NCBI GenBank assembly: GCA_030264375.1
Contig: JASCQW010000081.1
Span: forward strand, 92,305,768-92,369,767
Reading direction: 5' to 3'
Source of the DNA: Carcharhinus longimanus
Lineage: Eukaryota
Length of the DNA: 64,000 nucleotides
The notes under the pieces are model-generated. The model did no database searches. It was not told the DNA's origin and saw nothing but the letters and a program-made list of their open reading frames with translations. The position numbers and the translations under genes were made by a program. Positions 27,383-41,490 of this stretch are shown piece by piece; the first letter of the stretch is position 1, and each line of letters begins with the position of its first letter.

Positions 27383-27714
27383 AAGTAGCTTTAAGCTTAG
27401 TGCAGCCTACTTAGCGTGCTGTTCATTCTTTTTGTGAATTGATCCTGCTCTGTAACCATTTGAGCTGAATCGGGCAATTTTAGCGCTGACCGTTTGCAAC
27501 GTTTCAAAGATGTGTGAGTTTGCCTCATGAAGAGAGAAAACAAATGCAACAGTGGCCATTGACCAGAAAGAGAGGTTTGATGTTCTCTCTTTTTAAATAG
27601 AACTTTCAAACTGGGGAAATTTCTATTTAAAATATGATTGGAAAGATCAATCTTAAAGAACTTGGAGATTGAAAAAATATCATAATATACATTGGGGAAT
27701 TTGAGCATGAAGCA

Positions 27715-28735
27715 ATTAACATGAGTAGGCCAGGTTGTCGCATGAACCTCTCAGTCATTTAATAGCATCTTGGCTGATCTGGTGGTTATATTAAATCAGT
27801 ATCCGCCTACTCCTAAAATCCGAACACAACTTGCTTAATCAGGACCTAGACATCTCTGCCTTAAAAATATTGAAACACACTTCAGCACCAGCTTTTCAGG
27901 AAGTGCATTCCGAAGATTCACGACATTTTGAGAGAAGGAAAAATAAATTGCCCCATTTCAGTTTTAAATGGATGCCCCCTTACTGTTAAACAGTAACACC
28001 AATTTGTAGGTTTTCGACAGCAGAGTAGACATCCTCGTCAAATTCACCGTTTCAAAGTCAGGAATTTATCTGTTTCAGGGAAGCCACCTCTTATTCACCG
28101 GAATTCTAGCGGTCATACGCCGAGTCTACCCAACCTTTCCTCCGAAAATAACCCTCACATTCCGCTAGTAATCTGGTCAATATTCTTGCAATTATCTCCA
28201 AAGCATTCCCATTCTTCCTTATGTAAAAGGGCCACATTTCCACACATTATTCCATATTTGCCAGATCGTTGCCCGTGCACTTAACCTATCTATGTCCTTT
28301 TGTAGCCTTCTCTGCCGTCTTCATAACTTACTATTCTTCCTATCTTTGTACCTTTGTAACAATCGGCAACCATCCTCTGCAACCAATTATCAACGTCATT
28401 ACAAATTGTAAACAGTTGAGGTCTCAGCACACCACACCGATGGAACAGCATCATTTCATCTTTTCAACCCGCAAAAAAACATCAATTCGTTTTCAATCAC
28501 TGCTTTCCGTTAACCAGCCAAGTTCACATCCATGCCAATATGTTAGCCTCTATACCATTAGCTTATATTTTCCGCAATGAACTTCGATGTGACGATTTAT
28601 CAAATCTGCCATTGGAGATCTAAGTAGAGCACGACCACCAGTCCCCCTTAAGCCACAGCAGATGGTCCTTCTGAAAGAACTCCAATCAATTGGTTAAACA
28701 CGATATTCCTTTCACAAAATCATGTTGGCTTTTCG
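27715..28735 (-). mobile_element. Highly degraded CR1 LINE
   Basis: Reverse-complement remnants of the 3' UTR and of HDFVKGISCLTN (cf. HGFVKGRSCLTN). Confidence 0.6.
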
Positions 28736-29058
28736 TGTATGATGGATCTGAAAAATACCGTGGAAGTGAAATATAGCTCAAGATTTGGAACAGCATTTGA
28801 ACAAGCGTACCAGTTGTGGTTAAACTAGTGGCATCTTCCATTACTTGCTGTAACTGTCAGTACAAAAATGAATTTTGTCCAGTAAGCAATTGAGCAATGC
28901 CGTGTTTGGATTAAAATGTTGGTGCAATTAGTGGCATTTCGACCGTACATCTCAATGGTTGGCCAATTGGTCTCTTGAAGGTTTGCATCCTGTGCTGGAC
29001 AACACCAAAATAAGCATTAGGTATGAATGAGTACTTGGTCAGCTGTTGCTTGGCTTAC

Positions 29059-29079
29059 TTTTAGCTACCATAACATCCT
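29059..29079 (-). CDS. Candidate 21-nt single-heptad micro-exon; EDVMVAK
   Basis: attatatttcAG|aggatgttatggtagctaaaa|GTaagc; phase 1-1 and would keep the heptad register, but lies outside the 36/27 pattern. Confidence 0.35.
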
Positions 29080-29635
29080 CTGAAATATAATCAGTCGAGC
29101 TCGTGACTTGGCTTGCAAAACCAAAGGGTTGTTTGCAATCCTTGCGCTTTGTTTTGCATTACAAGAAGTTTGGGAAGCCTATGGTTTGCTGCCGCCATTT
29201 TCATGTGAACTTTGCGTGCTATTAGGCTCTACTTGCCAACTTTTAGAAACGTTTTCTTTTGTGGTACATATCATTGTCATCGCTCAAGACTTGGTCTTCC
29301 CATCTTTCTCCAGATGAGTGCAAGGTTAAAACTGCAACGTTTGTCTCTTTCTCATAATTTCAGATCTAAGTTAAGGAATGAACGAAAGGAAGAACGAAAG
29401 GAGAAAACAAAAGAGTGGATGGCTCCATGGTCTTCATTATTTTATGTAATATGATCTGATTATATGTTATTTGTAACAAGCCACACTAGTTTCAATAATC
29501 TAGATATATTAAGATTCAAGGCTAGATCAAAGCTTCTAAAGATATTGGTAGCCTTATTATGTTTGAAGGCAAATGTATGAGCTGTCAGAAGTTGCCATTG
29601 ATCATATTTACAAATATTCCTCGTTGTGAACTTAC

Positions 29636-29662
29636 CACTTTCTTTCTCACTGAACGCTTTTT
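29636..29662 (-). CDS. Micro-exon E7 (27 nt); EKAFSEKES
   Basis: ttttgtcttcactgcacAG|aaaaagcgttcagtgagaaagaaagtg|GTaagt. Confidence 0.8.
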
Positions 29663-32600
29663 CTGTGCAGTGAAGACAAAAATCATTTTGTTAGAAAGAC
29701 AGTCGCTATGACATACTGACTGATTAGCAAAACAGACCCTGTCTCATTTTGAACAATTAGGCAAATAATTAATAAAGTAACAATGCAGAAACGTGATACA
29801 TATAGGGATACAAGCTGATGTTTAAATCAGAAGTTATACACTGGCGAGATCAGTAGATGGTGAAGAATATAACTTCTTGTTTCGTGTTTGGATCCTTGCC
29901 AAGGCAAAATAAATGAAGACATTTTAATTGATTGATCCATAGGGGGAACAGACAAGGTCAGGTGTAAATATGGATTTACCCTCGATTTTAATTTCTATGG
30001 AAATCAGCGACCAGAGGATTTTGATATAGAAAACGACTTTGCATTTCTGTCCCTTTGGCTGTCACAATATGTGATAAATTAGATTAATGCAACTAAAATA
30101 TAATTAAGGTGTAAATTTATATTTTGTTGGCCATTTAACAGTTTACTCCCCCCCCCCCCATATGGCCGGAGAAACAACTATGGCAATGATTTCAGCAACA
30201 ATAAGGCAATTTTAGCGGTAAGACCAATTGTGACAGTGAGAGTCAAGCTAGCTGGGATCTTTGGTCAATTTATAATTAAAACCAGATGTAGGTAATAAAG
30301 TTGCTACAAATTGTGACCCAGACTATGGACTGTGATCTTACGCTTCCTGTGTTGACCAGTTGCGGATAGATGTTTAGACCTACATGTTATTTCAACTAAA
30401 AATTTAGAGTTGCCTGTGAGTAAAAATGTGAACAGATTCCCATTACGCCATTGCCTGAGTGCCAGAGAACATTCTGGAACAATCTGCGAAGTGTACGATA
30501 AAGACATGTTTGAGTCCTTTGTGTTCAAGGTTAAGTCAGAGATCAACCATCGCAAGAGTGCCCTGAAAGAACATCTTCAGAGGAGATAAAAGACCGCCTG
30601 GAAAATCTACATTGGGAACGGACTTGGCCATTTCTTTCTGAATCGGTGAGTATTCATTTTATTTAAGTAACTAAAGCTCAATGAAAGAGGTATGATTTCA
30701 GTTTAAGAGTGAAAATTAACAATTCACATTTAGTGAAAAAGTTAAATCGTTACAACTGTTATAAAATTCATTTGGTACCTAAACTTTTAAATAGAGGGAA
30801 GCTTGTTTAAGTGAACCTGAATGGACTCCTGCCCTTCTGTTTTGTCATGCTAAACTGAGTATCTCGGAAAGAAAAAATAATGTTGCAGCTGAATAACAAC
30901 CCTGTTTGCCTTCAGGTAGAGATGAATATTCATCCGAATATTCCTAGTTATGAAGAAAAATGTTCTAAATATATCTTCATGTTTTTCTGTACTTCTTACA
31001 ACGCTTCTGCACATTTGGATGTCACTAGTTAGAGTGAGGGAATGTAGAGGTCACGTTGCTTATACATCTGAGCGATTTAATTGCATGACATGGCCCACTT
31101 CCAGCTCTGCTCTTCTGCAGAATTGTAACTGTTGGCAACGTCAGTAATGTTGATAGACAGAGCAAACTTTTATATTGCTTCATCATTTAATGCATTCAGA
31201 TGATTTATATGTAAGCAAATTAAAAGGGCAAACAGAAAACTTAGTTCCATGCTAGCATGTCAGTCTTTCCAGTATGAGAAGATGGTTTATCTCTTAAATT
31301 TGGATCTTGCATTCCAGCAACCTTTTCATAGTTAACTAACAAATCAAGTTAAATGCAATTGTTTCATAACCTCTCTAACCAAAATGTATAACTGGAAGCT
31401 TCAAAATATCACAGACCTAATTTTCTGGTGTATTATTTTTTGTCCCTAAACCATAGTAATTTCATTCTAAAGGACTCTCATATTTTTCCAAAAAAGGGAA
31501 TTATGTGAATCAAATTCACTTTGACGAAAAATGATCGCATATTATCAACCGTCAAATGTCCCAGTATTTAACAATGAACAAGGGAGATATCCCAGCGGTT
31601 GATCTCATTCAGACATGATCTCATTAAATGGCGGAGCAGAATCAAAGGATCGAATAACCTACTTCTGCTTTAAAGTATTATGTTTATATCACGGTACTAG
31701 CAACCCAAAAAAGCCACGATAATTCTTTGTGGATAAAGGTCCAAATCTCGTCATGACAGCTATTGACATCCAAAATTCAGTTCATATAGCTGGACAAAGA
31801 ATCGGTAATAATGACATCCGGCTCAGTGATGTACTTTGGGAGAGAAAATCTGCCATACATGACAGGTGTGGCCTACATGTGATTTAAAATCTACAGCAAG
31901 CTGGTTGACTCCTAACGACCCACTTACGTGGACAAATAAGCCGCTCAGTTCAGTGATCATGAGAGATGGATGACAATTACGGGCTTTGCCAGCAGCGGTC
32001 CAGTCCCATCAAAAAGAAAATATAACATGATTTTCAATAAAGTGTGCCATTTAATAACTTCGACAACTTATTTTCATGATCTTTTCGGAGAGTCCGAAGC
32101 ATAAATCATAACTCCGTTTGAAATTCCAAAATGACCTTAAACTTTATTCAGTTTTGTTTTGCTATTATAAGGCTTGGCAACTGAACATTATGAATTGCTG
32201 TGTATGAAAATGCAAAGGCATCACAATGAAAATGTAAAGGGAGTTGAGGAAAATGCTCTGTAACCAGTTTGAATGCACATATTGAACTCATGTTTTGTGT
32301 ATATAATGCCGAACTTTCCAAGGTTGGTCTCTGAATCAGGCATTGATAAAACGACTCACACTGGCCGCGAAAGTTCTGTTGGAGAGTGGTAGTAGTGGAT
32401 TGAACTTGTCAAAATTTTATTTTTGCGAGACGGAAATTCCCGGACTGCTAAATGGATTTTATGATCGTATGTTGAACGTAGATTATCCTGCTTAAATTTT
32501 ACAAGCTATTTGGCTGTAAAAATCGCACGAAGAGTGGTTAAAATTATGTAAATATTCGACTGTTCTGAATGTTGAAAGAGTAAATCACAGGATGGACCTT

Positions 32601-32944
32601 CACAATCATCCTTCATTTGGAATTATGGGGAGGCACAGCACAACAGTGCAAAATCAAGAGTAAAGCATCCGCAGCAATATGAAACCAGAATTACCACGGG
32701 GACGGTCTACCTCGACCCCTTTCTAAGTCATGAGTGTGTTGGAATACTGTCCATTTGCTGGATGATTGCTGCTTCACAGCACTCATGCAATCCAACGCAA
32801 GCCAGGACAAAGCAAACCGTTCCCTCAGCAATCGCCGTCAAACACATACATTCTATTCAAGACTAATACAGTATGGCAACAGTGTTTATAATATGCATCA
32901 TAATATCCCAAAGCCTCCCTCAACAACACTTGTTAAATGAACCT

Positions 32945-34010
32945 ACGGACGGGTCGATTAGGCCATTAGGGTCTTTATCATGATCGCCACGTGGTAAAAT
33001 TTTGGCTTATCTGAATTTGACCTCAGTTGTACCTTTCGTCCTCCTTTCGTCCTTTGACGTCTTGAGGGTTGGTAAAGACTCCATGCAACTCTATCTTATG
33101 AATATCAACGATCCTGCTTCAACTGCTCTCTCCATTGAGGGAGAAAATACATCTAATGTGTATCATAAGCGACATCTCTATCATTTCAACGTCTATTCCC
33201 TAGCTGTTTTATCTTCCACAAGCAGAAACATCATTTTTAGCGACGATCCCATCAATTTCGTTGGCATTTTCTACGCTTGAATAATCCAACCTCTCATTCT
33301 TCGGAAATCCAATGGGCAAAGCCCCAAACTGTCAAATATCTTCTCCTTAATAACGCCCGAATCCAGGGAAACAGTCAAGTAAACTTCTCTGAGCGGCTTC
33401 AAATGCAATTATGTCCTTTCTGAAAGACCAAAACCATAGCCAGTGCTCTGATGTGATTGCACCATTGCCTTGTGAACTGTAGCAGTTCTTGCCTATTGTT
33501 AGATTCAATTCGCCCTGAAATTGGCGGCAAAACCACCTACTGGGCTCAATGCGAACGTTTTTTTCCTTCGTGTTGCATGGCAACCAAATTTCTCTGTCGC
33601 ACAGAGTTCAACAATCTCTTCCCATTTAAATAATAAGCTGATTTCTGATTGTTCCCTACAAGATGCACAATTTCACATTCTCTAACTTTGTACTCCATCC
33701 CCAAAATTACATTTTCAAGGAACTCTAACATTTTAGTCAAAAACGATTTCCCTTTTACAAAACCCATTTTTACTATATCTAATTGCATTGGAATTTTCCA
33801 CGTGCCCCTATATAACCGTCTTTCTAATGGCTTTCACCATCTTTACAAGTACTTTCGGCTAACTGTTCTGTACATTCCTGTTCTCTGTGTCCCTCATTTC
33901 ATGACAGAGGAGTTACTTCCGTTGTTTTGCAAGATGATCAAACCTTCCCAGATAATAATGATTTCTTGAAAATGAGAAGCATTAAGTATACTATCTCAGT
34001 AGCAATCTCA
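32945..34010 (-). mobile_element. Degraded CR1 LINE
   Basis: GFVKGKSFLTKMLEFLE and FRKDIIAFEAAQR. Confidence 0.75.
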
Positions 34011-35149
34011 GGATCTGTACATTCAAGAAGGATCAGGCCTGGAAACAGATGGGGACACCACCGTCTGCGAATTTTCCTCAAATCAACAAACATTCCAACT
34101 TGTAAATCAATCGCCACTGTAACTCTATAAGAATTCTGGAATTCCATTCATAATGGGACCATGTGTGTGACTGCAGATATTCAGGAAAACTATCTGCCAT
34201 AACAATCAGAAACGTAAATGGGGATAAAGTTTCAACAGCTGGCCATTTACTCCAGAAGTGTGCTTACTAATTCTCAAAATCCTGAACAGAGAAAACGTCC
34301 AGTCAGTATGCTAAATATCTAATTCAATAGGATTTCATTTTGTCGAGGTATTGCGTCGAGTCATCTAAATTCTGGGCAAGATGTGTAGTTTGCACTCCAG
34401 CCATCCTCATGGAACTGCATCAAATTTCTGTATTTTTTGCAAAGAAATAAGTTTCTTCACCAGAGCGAGAGAACCAAATTGTACAATGTCCTCCAGACGT
34501 GGTCGCAGGAAATTCCTATACCTTGCAGCACAAGTTTTGCTTTTATTTTTGCAATGACCTATTGAGTAATTGTAAACATTAACATACTCTTCGAATTGCT
34601 TACTTTACTTTCACGTCATCGCTCTGTGATTCGTGACTAAGGACACACAGGCCTCTCTGAATGTGAACATTTACTATTTTCTCACTTCAGGAATTATTTG
34701 TCTTTTCTTTTTCCGACCAGGTTGGACCTCAGCACCTTCCTCAGTGCTATATCCCAGTTGCTACCACGTGCCCATTCATTGCGTGACTAATTCACTTTGT
34801 TGTTTGTTCACACATGAAAACGTGGTTTCGTATCCAACATTGTAATTTCCGCAACTTGGAAAAGTTACTCATAATTCCCTCAGCTAGACTCTGATATTGA
34901 CTGTAAACCGCTAAGGCTCAAGCATCCTTCTTTGTAGCATCCTGCTGGAAACAGCTTGTTAACTCTCTTCCTTTTGTCCCTCATCGGATCCTCATTCGAA
35001 TGTATAAACTTCCAACTCATTGAACATAGTATTGCGTAATTTCTTATTTTTTATTGGAACTTCTCAAACGTTTACTTTTTTAGAAAATAAACTCCCTCAT
35101 ATGCCAGTCATTTACATGTATTAACCCTGTCAAATGACATTTTGTTCTT

Positions 35150-35780
35150 CTAAACACGCGACAATGATTGAGAGCGCAAATGGCATCCTTGCCTTTATTA
35201 ACAGAAGCATAGTTTCAGCGTAGGAAGGTTATTCTGGAACTATATAAAAGGTCACTGAGGCAACAACCCGACGAAAATATTATATGGAATTGGTATTACT
35301 GGAGGGCTGTTAAAACATTGGAAAGGGTGCAAAAAAGAGATATACCAGGATGTTGCCTTGGCTGGAGAGTTTTAGATATCAAGTGACATGTGATCGACTG
35401 TTTTTGTTTGGAGCAGCGAGAGCGCTATTAAGATGTATAAACGTGTGAGGGGAATAGATAGGCAGGAAGAAGCATTTCCCCTTGATGGATGGATGAATGA
35501 GTAGGGAGCATAGAATTAAGGAACGGGTGGGATGTTTAAAGGGGATGTGCAGAAAAAAAACGTTTTTACCAAAAGGTGATAGGGGCCTGGAATTCACTGC
35601 CCGAAAGGATGGTGAAGGCAAAGACCGACATAATATTTAAGAAGCATTTAGATGTACTTTCGAGATGCCAAGTCAAACAGGACTATGTATGAATTGCTGG
35701 AAAATGGGACTAGAATAGCTAAGTGGTTTGCCTTTACTGACACATACATGATGGGCCGAAAGGCCTTTTTCGTGCTTTTA
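35150..35780 (+). mobile_element. Degraded CR1 3' region
   Basis: ANGILAFINRSI, ttggaaagggtgcaaaaa and ccaggatgttgcct; 3' UTR gatgggccgaaaggcct. Confidence 0.75.
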
Positions 35781-36144
35781 GACATGCATACGTACACGAC
35801 CCAGTTGTCAATTTCTAAATTAGAGGTTTTAGCATCCACCTTACTGCTGGGGGCAGGTGAACAGGCCTGCATTTTTTTTGTCCCGTTCCTTCCTTTCTTC
35901 AACAGCAGAACGACTTTCCCTATCTGCCAAACCATGGATGCTTCTGGAATCCACGGAATTCTGGACAATCATAAACAACCCAATACTGCCTACCAAGCCT
36001 ATTGTCGCTATTATTTAATTTTAATTTTCACTAAATGTATTCCAAAATTTAGACATTGATTCTACAGGGAGATGAAGGCTTAACCGTATTTGTGTACTGT
36101 TGTGACATAAATATTGAAGTAAAAATAGTTCTTTTCTTTCTCAC

Positions 36145-36180
36145 CCGTATCTTTCAGACTTTTTCTCAGTTGATCTATTT
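36145..36180 (-). CDS. Micro-exon E6 (36 nt); EIDQLRKSLKDT
   Basis: gatttgaatttccAG|aaatagatcaactgagaaaaagtctgaaagatacgg|GTgaga. Confidence 0.8.
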
Positions 36181-39100
36181 CTGGAAATTCAAATCAGAGC
36201 TCTTAGGCTGTTATCTCTTAATGTCTAATACGCCACTTTTTATTGTTCCTTAATTATATTGTGAAATTTTCTGTGTCCTTTTTTTCTTTTTACGGGGGTT
36301 TATAAAGTTAATAGCATGACATCCCTGAAGTACTTAATATTGTAACTGCCTTGCATGAATAGTGTCTAACTAGTCTTTTCGGTTGATAACAAAATTAAGA
36401 CTAGGTAAGATGTATCCCATTTACGAAGAGAAAGGAAAAGGGAGACGAGGAAATATTGAGCTTTTGTATCGCACTTCTCCAAAGTTGCTTCTGAAAAACT
36501 TATTTTTGCATCGTGCTTAAATTATCTGAGGTAGCTGCATACTAGGTTAATGTTAAAATAACTGAAACAATCTATATAGGGTTGGAAGCACAATATTGTG
36601 CAGCTCGTGACTAACGGTGCAATACAACATCACAAAAAAGATGGCTTTGGACGTGAATCAATTCAAAAACAGAACACAATGACTCGGAATTCATAGCACC
36701 ATCATCCTACGTGGTTGCAATTTCAGGAGATAGAACATAAAATCCGAATACCCCTGGCTATCCGCTTAAGGTCAATTAAGTTAGTGCCAAGGCAACAGTG
36801 AGCAATACTTTCAGTGCCGCGATTGGGTCTGCCGAGAATTTTCTGCCGAGTATTTCGAAAATGTAATTTCCCAGACATTTTGTGCCTCAGGTGCATTTCA
36901 GCGTGTGGCATCTGACATGTACAATCACTTCCAATCGGCTGAATATCAATCATATGATCAAAGCAAACTTCAGGAGGGCCACCCGATGGATTAGATTCTC
37001 AAGTGTGGTGTACGGCCAGGCATGGAAAGCCATAATAATACGAGGAATATCTTGATTATTCACATGTCCAAGGAATAATTAACTGTCGGCATATAGTCAG
37101 CAGATCTTTCCGAGGCCGCTGAAGTTTTTGCATCAACTGGAAGGGATATAATTCTATGATTGTCCAAATGGTCTGTGAGCACCAGCATGTTCTTTATCTC
37201 ATAGGAGTCACGACATGTGCTTTCAGAGGTAATCTGACTTTTATCTCCTCTCCCAAAGTCACTGCATTATAGGGTGTATAACTGAAGGGATGGCTCCTGA
37301 AATCGGATTGAAATCACCCCTTGAAGTAGAGGGACAGTTGCAAACTGACGGCTATCAGGCGATTTGTCTATTCAGCTGATTTGTATAACATTTGGTTGGC
37401 ACTCCGTATTATGCCCCAGTAAGGGTTTCTTGGATTATTCGTATCAACTGCACAATTTATTTTCTGCAGCTATCGTGCGAACGATCCCATACTGTGGGCC
37501 AAATCATGGCCCATGAGTTTGTCAGGCGAGGGTGCTGATGAAAAGCGAAAGTCTAGCCATAGCTTCAAACTCAGCCTGCTGCACTTTTCAGGATCTTTGC
37601 GCGGGTAAGGCATGCTAAGGTTTTCATGCTCATTGCTGCACTTTAGTTTCTGATTTCAGGTTCACTGCCGACGACTATCTGCTGAGAACTGAGATGGTCC
37701 TGCCCATGAGAGCATTGCACTTCTCCGCGAGCTTTTCCAACTAATAAAATCTGCCATGATCAACCTCAAGCAACTCATAGCCTCGAAACCTCCACCAAAC
37801 GTACGTATCTATGGGCCTCGTCAGAGAAATAACATAGCTCTCATTTGAAAACTAGTTCTCATTAGACACGTTGGATAATGACGATAAGACCTAGGGTGGA
37901 AGCCCTCTATGGTGGTGAAATTTAAGTTGCATTTGAATCTGCAATGAACATGGACGCATAAAACTATTGCTAATTATCGTAAAGATCCATCGAGTTCACA
38001 AATTTCGGTTCGGGAACATGCTTGACTCTTAAGCTGTCTTCTCAAGGGTACTCAGTTCCGATATTAAACGCGTGGACGCCCACATACGGTTAATAGATAA
38101 ATAAATTTCCAAGAGCAAGCACCGTGATGTATTACTTTGTTTTCCGAGTGCGCCTTTCTGGTGCATCTCCCTCACTCACTTCGTACTACGCGCCACTCCC
38201 TCTCCCATATCGCTACCGTCTGTTACCGATTGTGGTGCAGGCAAGTTGTTTTTTCGGAGTGGATAGAGTTTGCAACTCGGTGAATCAAGGGATGCAGGAA
38301 AGGCTAAGTATATTGCCTTAAAAGCCAAGATTGTGTTTGAACGGAGGGGCAAGCATGATGGCCAGGTAGCCCACTCTTGTTTCAATTCATTGCGCCCTAT
38401 TTCCTGGTCAAGGCTTCACTCTTATATTTCTAGCGTCCTGCCTTGAGAGCCTGGGAAAAATATGAAGCCTCCTCTGTTTCCAAAGCAACCTGAAGACTTG
38501 TGTCACTGGCAAAGCATTGGAAAAAACCGCTGGCAACACAACAGTTCCGTAACACGTGCTCTGGATGCAAACTAGTGTCATATTTGGCAGCCGTTGCTTA
38601 GTGTCAATCTGCCTGGTATAAATCACAGACAAAGTTTGACAGTACACTGACAGCTCCAATGAACTGATGCTTTCTCCATGACAACGTGTTTAGCAGACTC
38701 AATCGCTAATCGGCCAGCACGCTGTTCTCATTCAGTATAAATTTGTTTCTCCTTACACTGTGATTCTTGCAAATCATTCTTATGAGTAAAAGGCGAAACG
38801 CCTCGAGAAAGGTTTGTCCTTTTTTCAGCAATACTCAATTAAGACAAAAAAAGTGCTTCCCGTCCCGCCTAGCGCCGGGATCTGCCAGTCCTACCGAAAG
38901 TCCATGGAATTTTTTCGCGTTGTGTATTCTCCCATGGCGGGTCCCGTCACGACGGGGGCAGAATAATATTTAGTGTATCAATCACTGTGTCTGCTGTTAT
39001 ATACCAGTTGCCTTCATATTCAACGCATCCAACTAAACGATACTATCAAATTGGCGAATTATGAAATGTTTAGTTCCACTAGATTGAAAACTCTTACATG

Positions 39101-41052
39101 AAATAACCTGCACCGTCATTGTATTTAATTGATTCACTCGGAATCTTGAATTGAAACAAGTACTACTAAGCAGTGTTTCCCATCTACCAGACGCAGTACC
39201 AGAACTCACAAATGTTTCTTCCAAAGCACCTTCGAAACTGACGACTGTTGCCATCTAGAATAACATGGATAGCAGCTACCTGGGAAGGGCAGCACGTAGA
39301 AGTTTCTCTGCAAATCTCTCGCCAAGCTGAATTGGAAATGCATCACTGTTCTTCATTTGCTGTGGGGCAAAGTCCTGTAATTATCTCTCTAGCAGCACTG
39401 TATAGTAACGCACACTACTTTGCAGCGTTTCAAGAAAGCATGTCGCCCCCACCTTCTCGGAAGTAATTATAGATAGGATATCAATGCTAGTTCAGCAAGC
39501 AATGCTTTTATCTCCTGCATGAAGGAAAAAAACACTTCAAACTGTTTTCTTGCCCATTTTATACACATTGAGTCCTTTGCCCTGCATACTCAGTTACTGA
39601 TTTCCAACTTTCATTTCCATTTTTGCTTTCCCATTAGAATCATGCTCTCAGCGTCCTAACTCGCAACAAGCGAACTGAACCACTCCTGAACAGTTTCATC
39701 AAATATTAGCACTAGCGTATTACGTCCTAACTCTGCTAAGCCGTACAGTCTCTCGATACACTGGACTGACCTGGACCAGAATCATTTCGATCGCTCCCCA
39801 GATATAAATCGCTTTCCCTTTTATTATCTATCCTGTTATCTACGTTCCAATTCCTGTCCAGAGAACGGATCTCTTTGGTATTTTCCTTTGCTGTTGTATC
39901 ATGACGCCTTGCATATAAATTTTAGCCAGGATTTAGAATTAAACCTTATTATGTTTTGACATGTTCTTATTTCGGTTTGAAGTTTTCGAATGACTATGAA
40001 ACCCTTAATGCATTGAAGCAAGCATATATTTAATTCCCTTTAGTCTAGCACGTAGTGGTTTACAGGGGAAAGAAGTAAAGTGCGCAGAACAGTCCCGGGA
40101 ATTGATATTCTGATGAAGTCCAAATTCAATTATTTTTTCTGAACTGGGTGGACAAACTTTGCTTTTAGTGCAGAAATAGTAAATTTAGAAATAGCTGGTC
40201 TATTTGGTCTCACTGGTCATTGCTTATAATAAAAAATAAATAATTTGCACAGAAGTGTGATCCCGTAATGTGCTGAAGAAAATGAAGAGCAAAATAATGG
40301 TAAAACGCTTACCATTGGTTTTAAAAGCCTTCATAACGGATTTCGAAAAAGCATGCGCATGACGCGTATTTCGAAAGAACACTGTGACCTTAGCAGACGA
40401 AATCACGAAGTATTTTGGTTACCTGAGAGAAGCACAATGGGAAAGAAGAAAATGATGCAATAAGTCGTGAAAAAACTCAAGGCAATTGTAAATAAATAGC
40501 TAGCACACTTGCCACAATCCTTGCAACATGGCCTTATTTGTACAATAGTCAACAACAAGAGAAGAACCACCAAAATGGATGGATTGATTGATTGATGTGC
40601 GTTTTACGTGTACTAGATGAACATACGCAAATCCGAACAAACGGATTTTGCCTTTCGAGCCTGCTTCATCATTCAATAAGATCATGGCTGATCTGACTGT
40701 AGCCTCTTACCCAACGTCCCTACCAAACCGCAATTAACCTTCGTCATTGTTAATCAAGAGTATCAAAATCTTCCTGACAAATATCGAAAGACATTGCTTC
40801 CGACGCCTCTTGAGGAACAGGGTTTCAAAAACACAGGACACTTAAAAAACATCTCTGAATCTCTACTTTCAATGACCCACACCATTTTAATGTGGAAGGT
40901 AAATTCGAATGGAATGCAATGTCGTTTCACATAGAAACGAAAGTCAGTTACTGAGGAAACTGCTAATTTTAGTGAATAAAACTGATCAGTAATTGGGAAT
41001 AAAAATTCGACAGAGTGACATCTTCCCTTCTGCTAACATTATTGTTTTGTAC

Positions 41053-41088
41053 CTGATAATTTCATAATATCTTTCAGGTTTTCGATGT
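41053..41088 (-). CDS. Micro-exon E5 (36 nt); DIENLKDIMKLS
   Basis: attctttttcAG|acatcgaaaacctgaaagatattatgaaattatcag|GTacaa. Confidence 0.8.
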
Positions 41089-41293
41089 CTGAAAAAGAAT
41101 TTCGGGTGAAATTTACCTAGCTTTGATTTCACGTTTAATCACTCGATAGAAAAACATACATCTGACAATATCCTTGTCCGACCGATGTTATATATGTCTT
41201 AGAAATTGAGCTATTTTTAATCACCAAGGAGAGTACGAGGCGACGGGAGTACTGAATAAACTGACAATAGGTGCTGGGAGAATAAAGAGTCAT

Positions 41294-41490
41294 GGCCGGA
41301 ATATTCTGGCCTTTCAAGCCTGAGGAACGTGGGTGCTGGCATTCCCGCTACGGGCTTCACTACGGCGTGTGGCACATTCAAAGGGAAATCCCGTTTACAA
41401 CTGTGAGGCCAATAGATGCCGCCGCGCGCTGCCGCGAACATGCGGAGTGTTTGGTGAAAATGGTAGAATGGTTGAGGAGAATATACGGCC
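41294..41490. mobile_element. MITE-like GC-rich element with imperfect terminal inverted repeats
   Basis: Left end ggccggaatattct; right end agaatatacggcc (reverse complement ggccgtatattct). Confidence 0.5.

Noticed and set aside
37318-37344. 27-nt AG..GT segment (VCNCPSTSR)
   Set aside because: No pyrimidine tract and no heptad character; shows that chance matches occur
39945-39993. Coiled-coil-looking segment VIRKLQTEIRTCQNII
   Set aside because: 49 nt between AG and GT would shift the frame; weak donor
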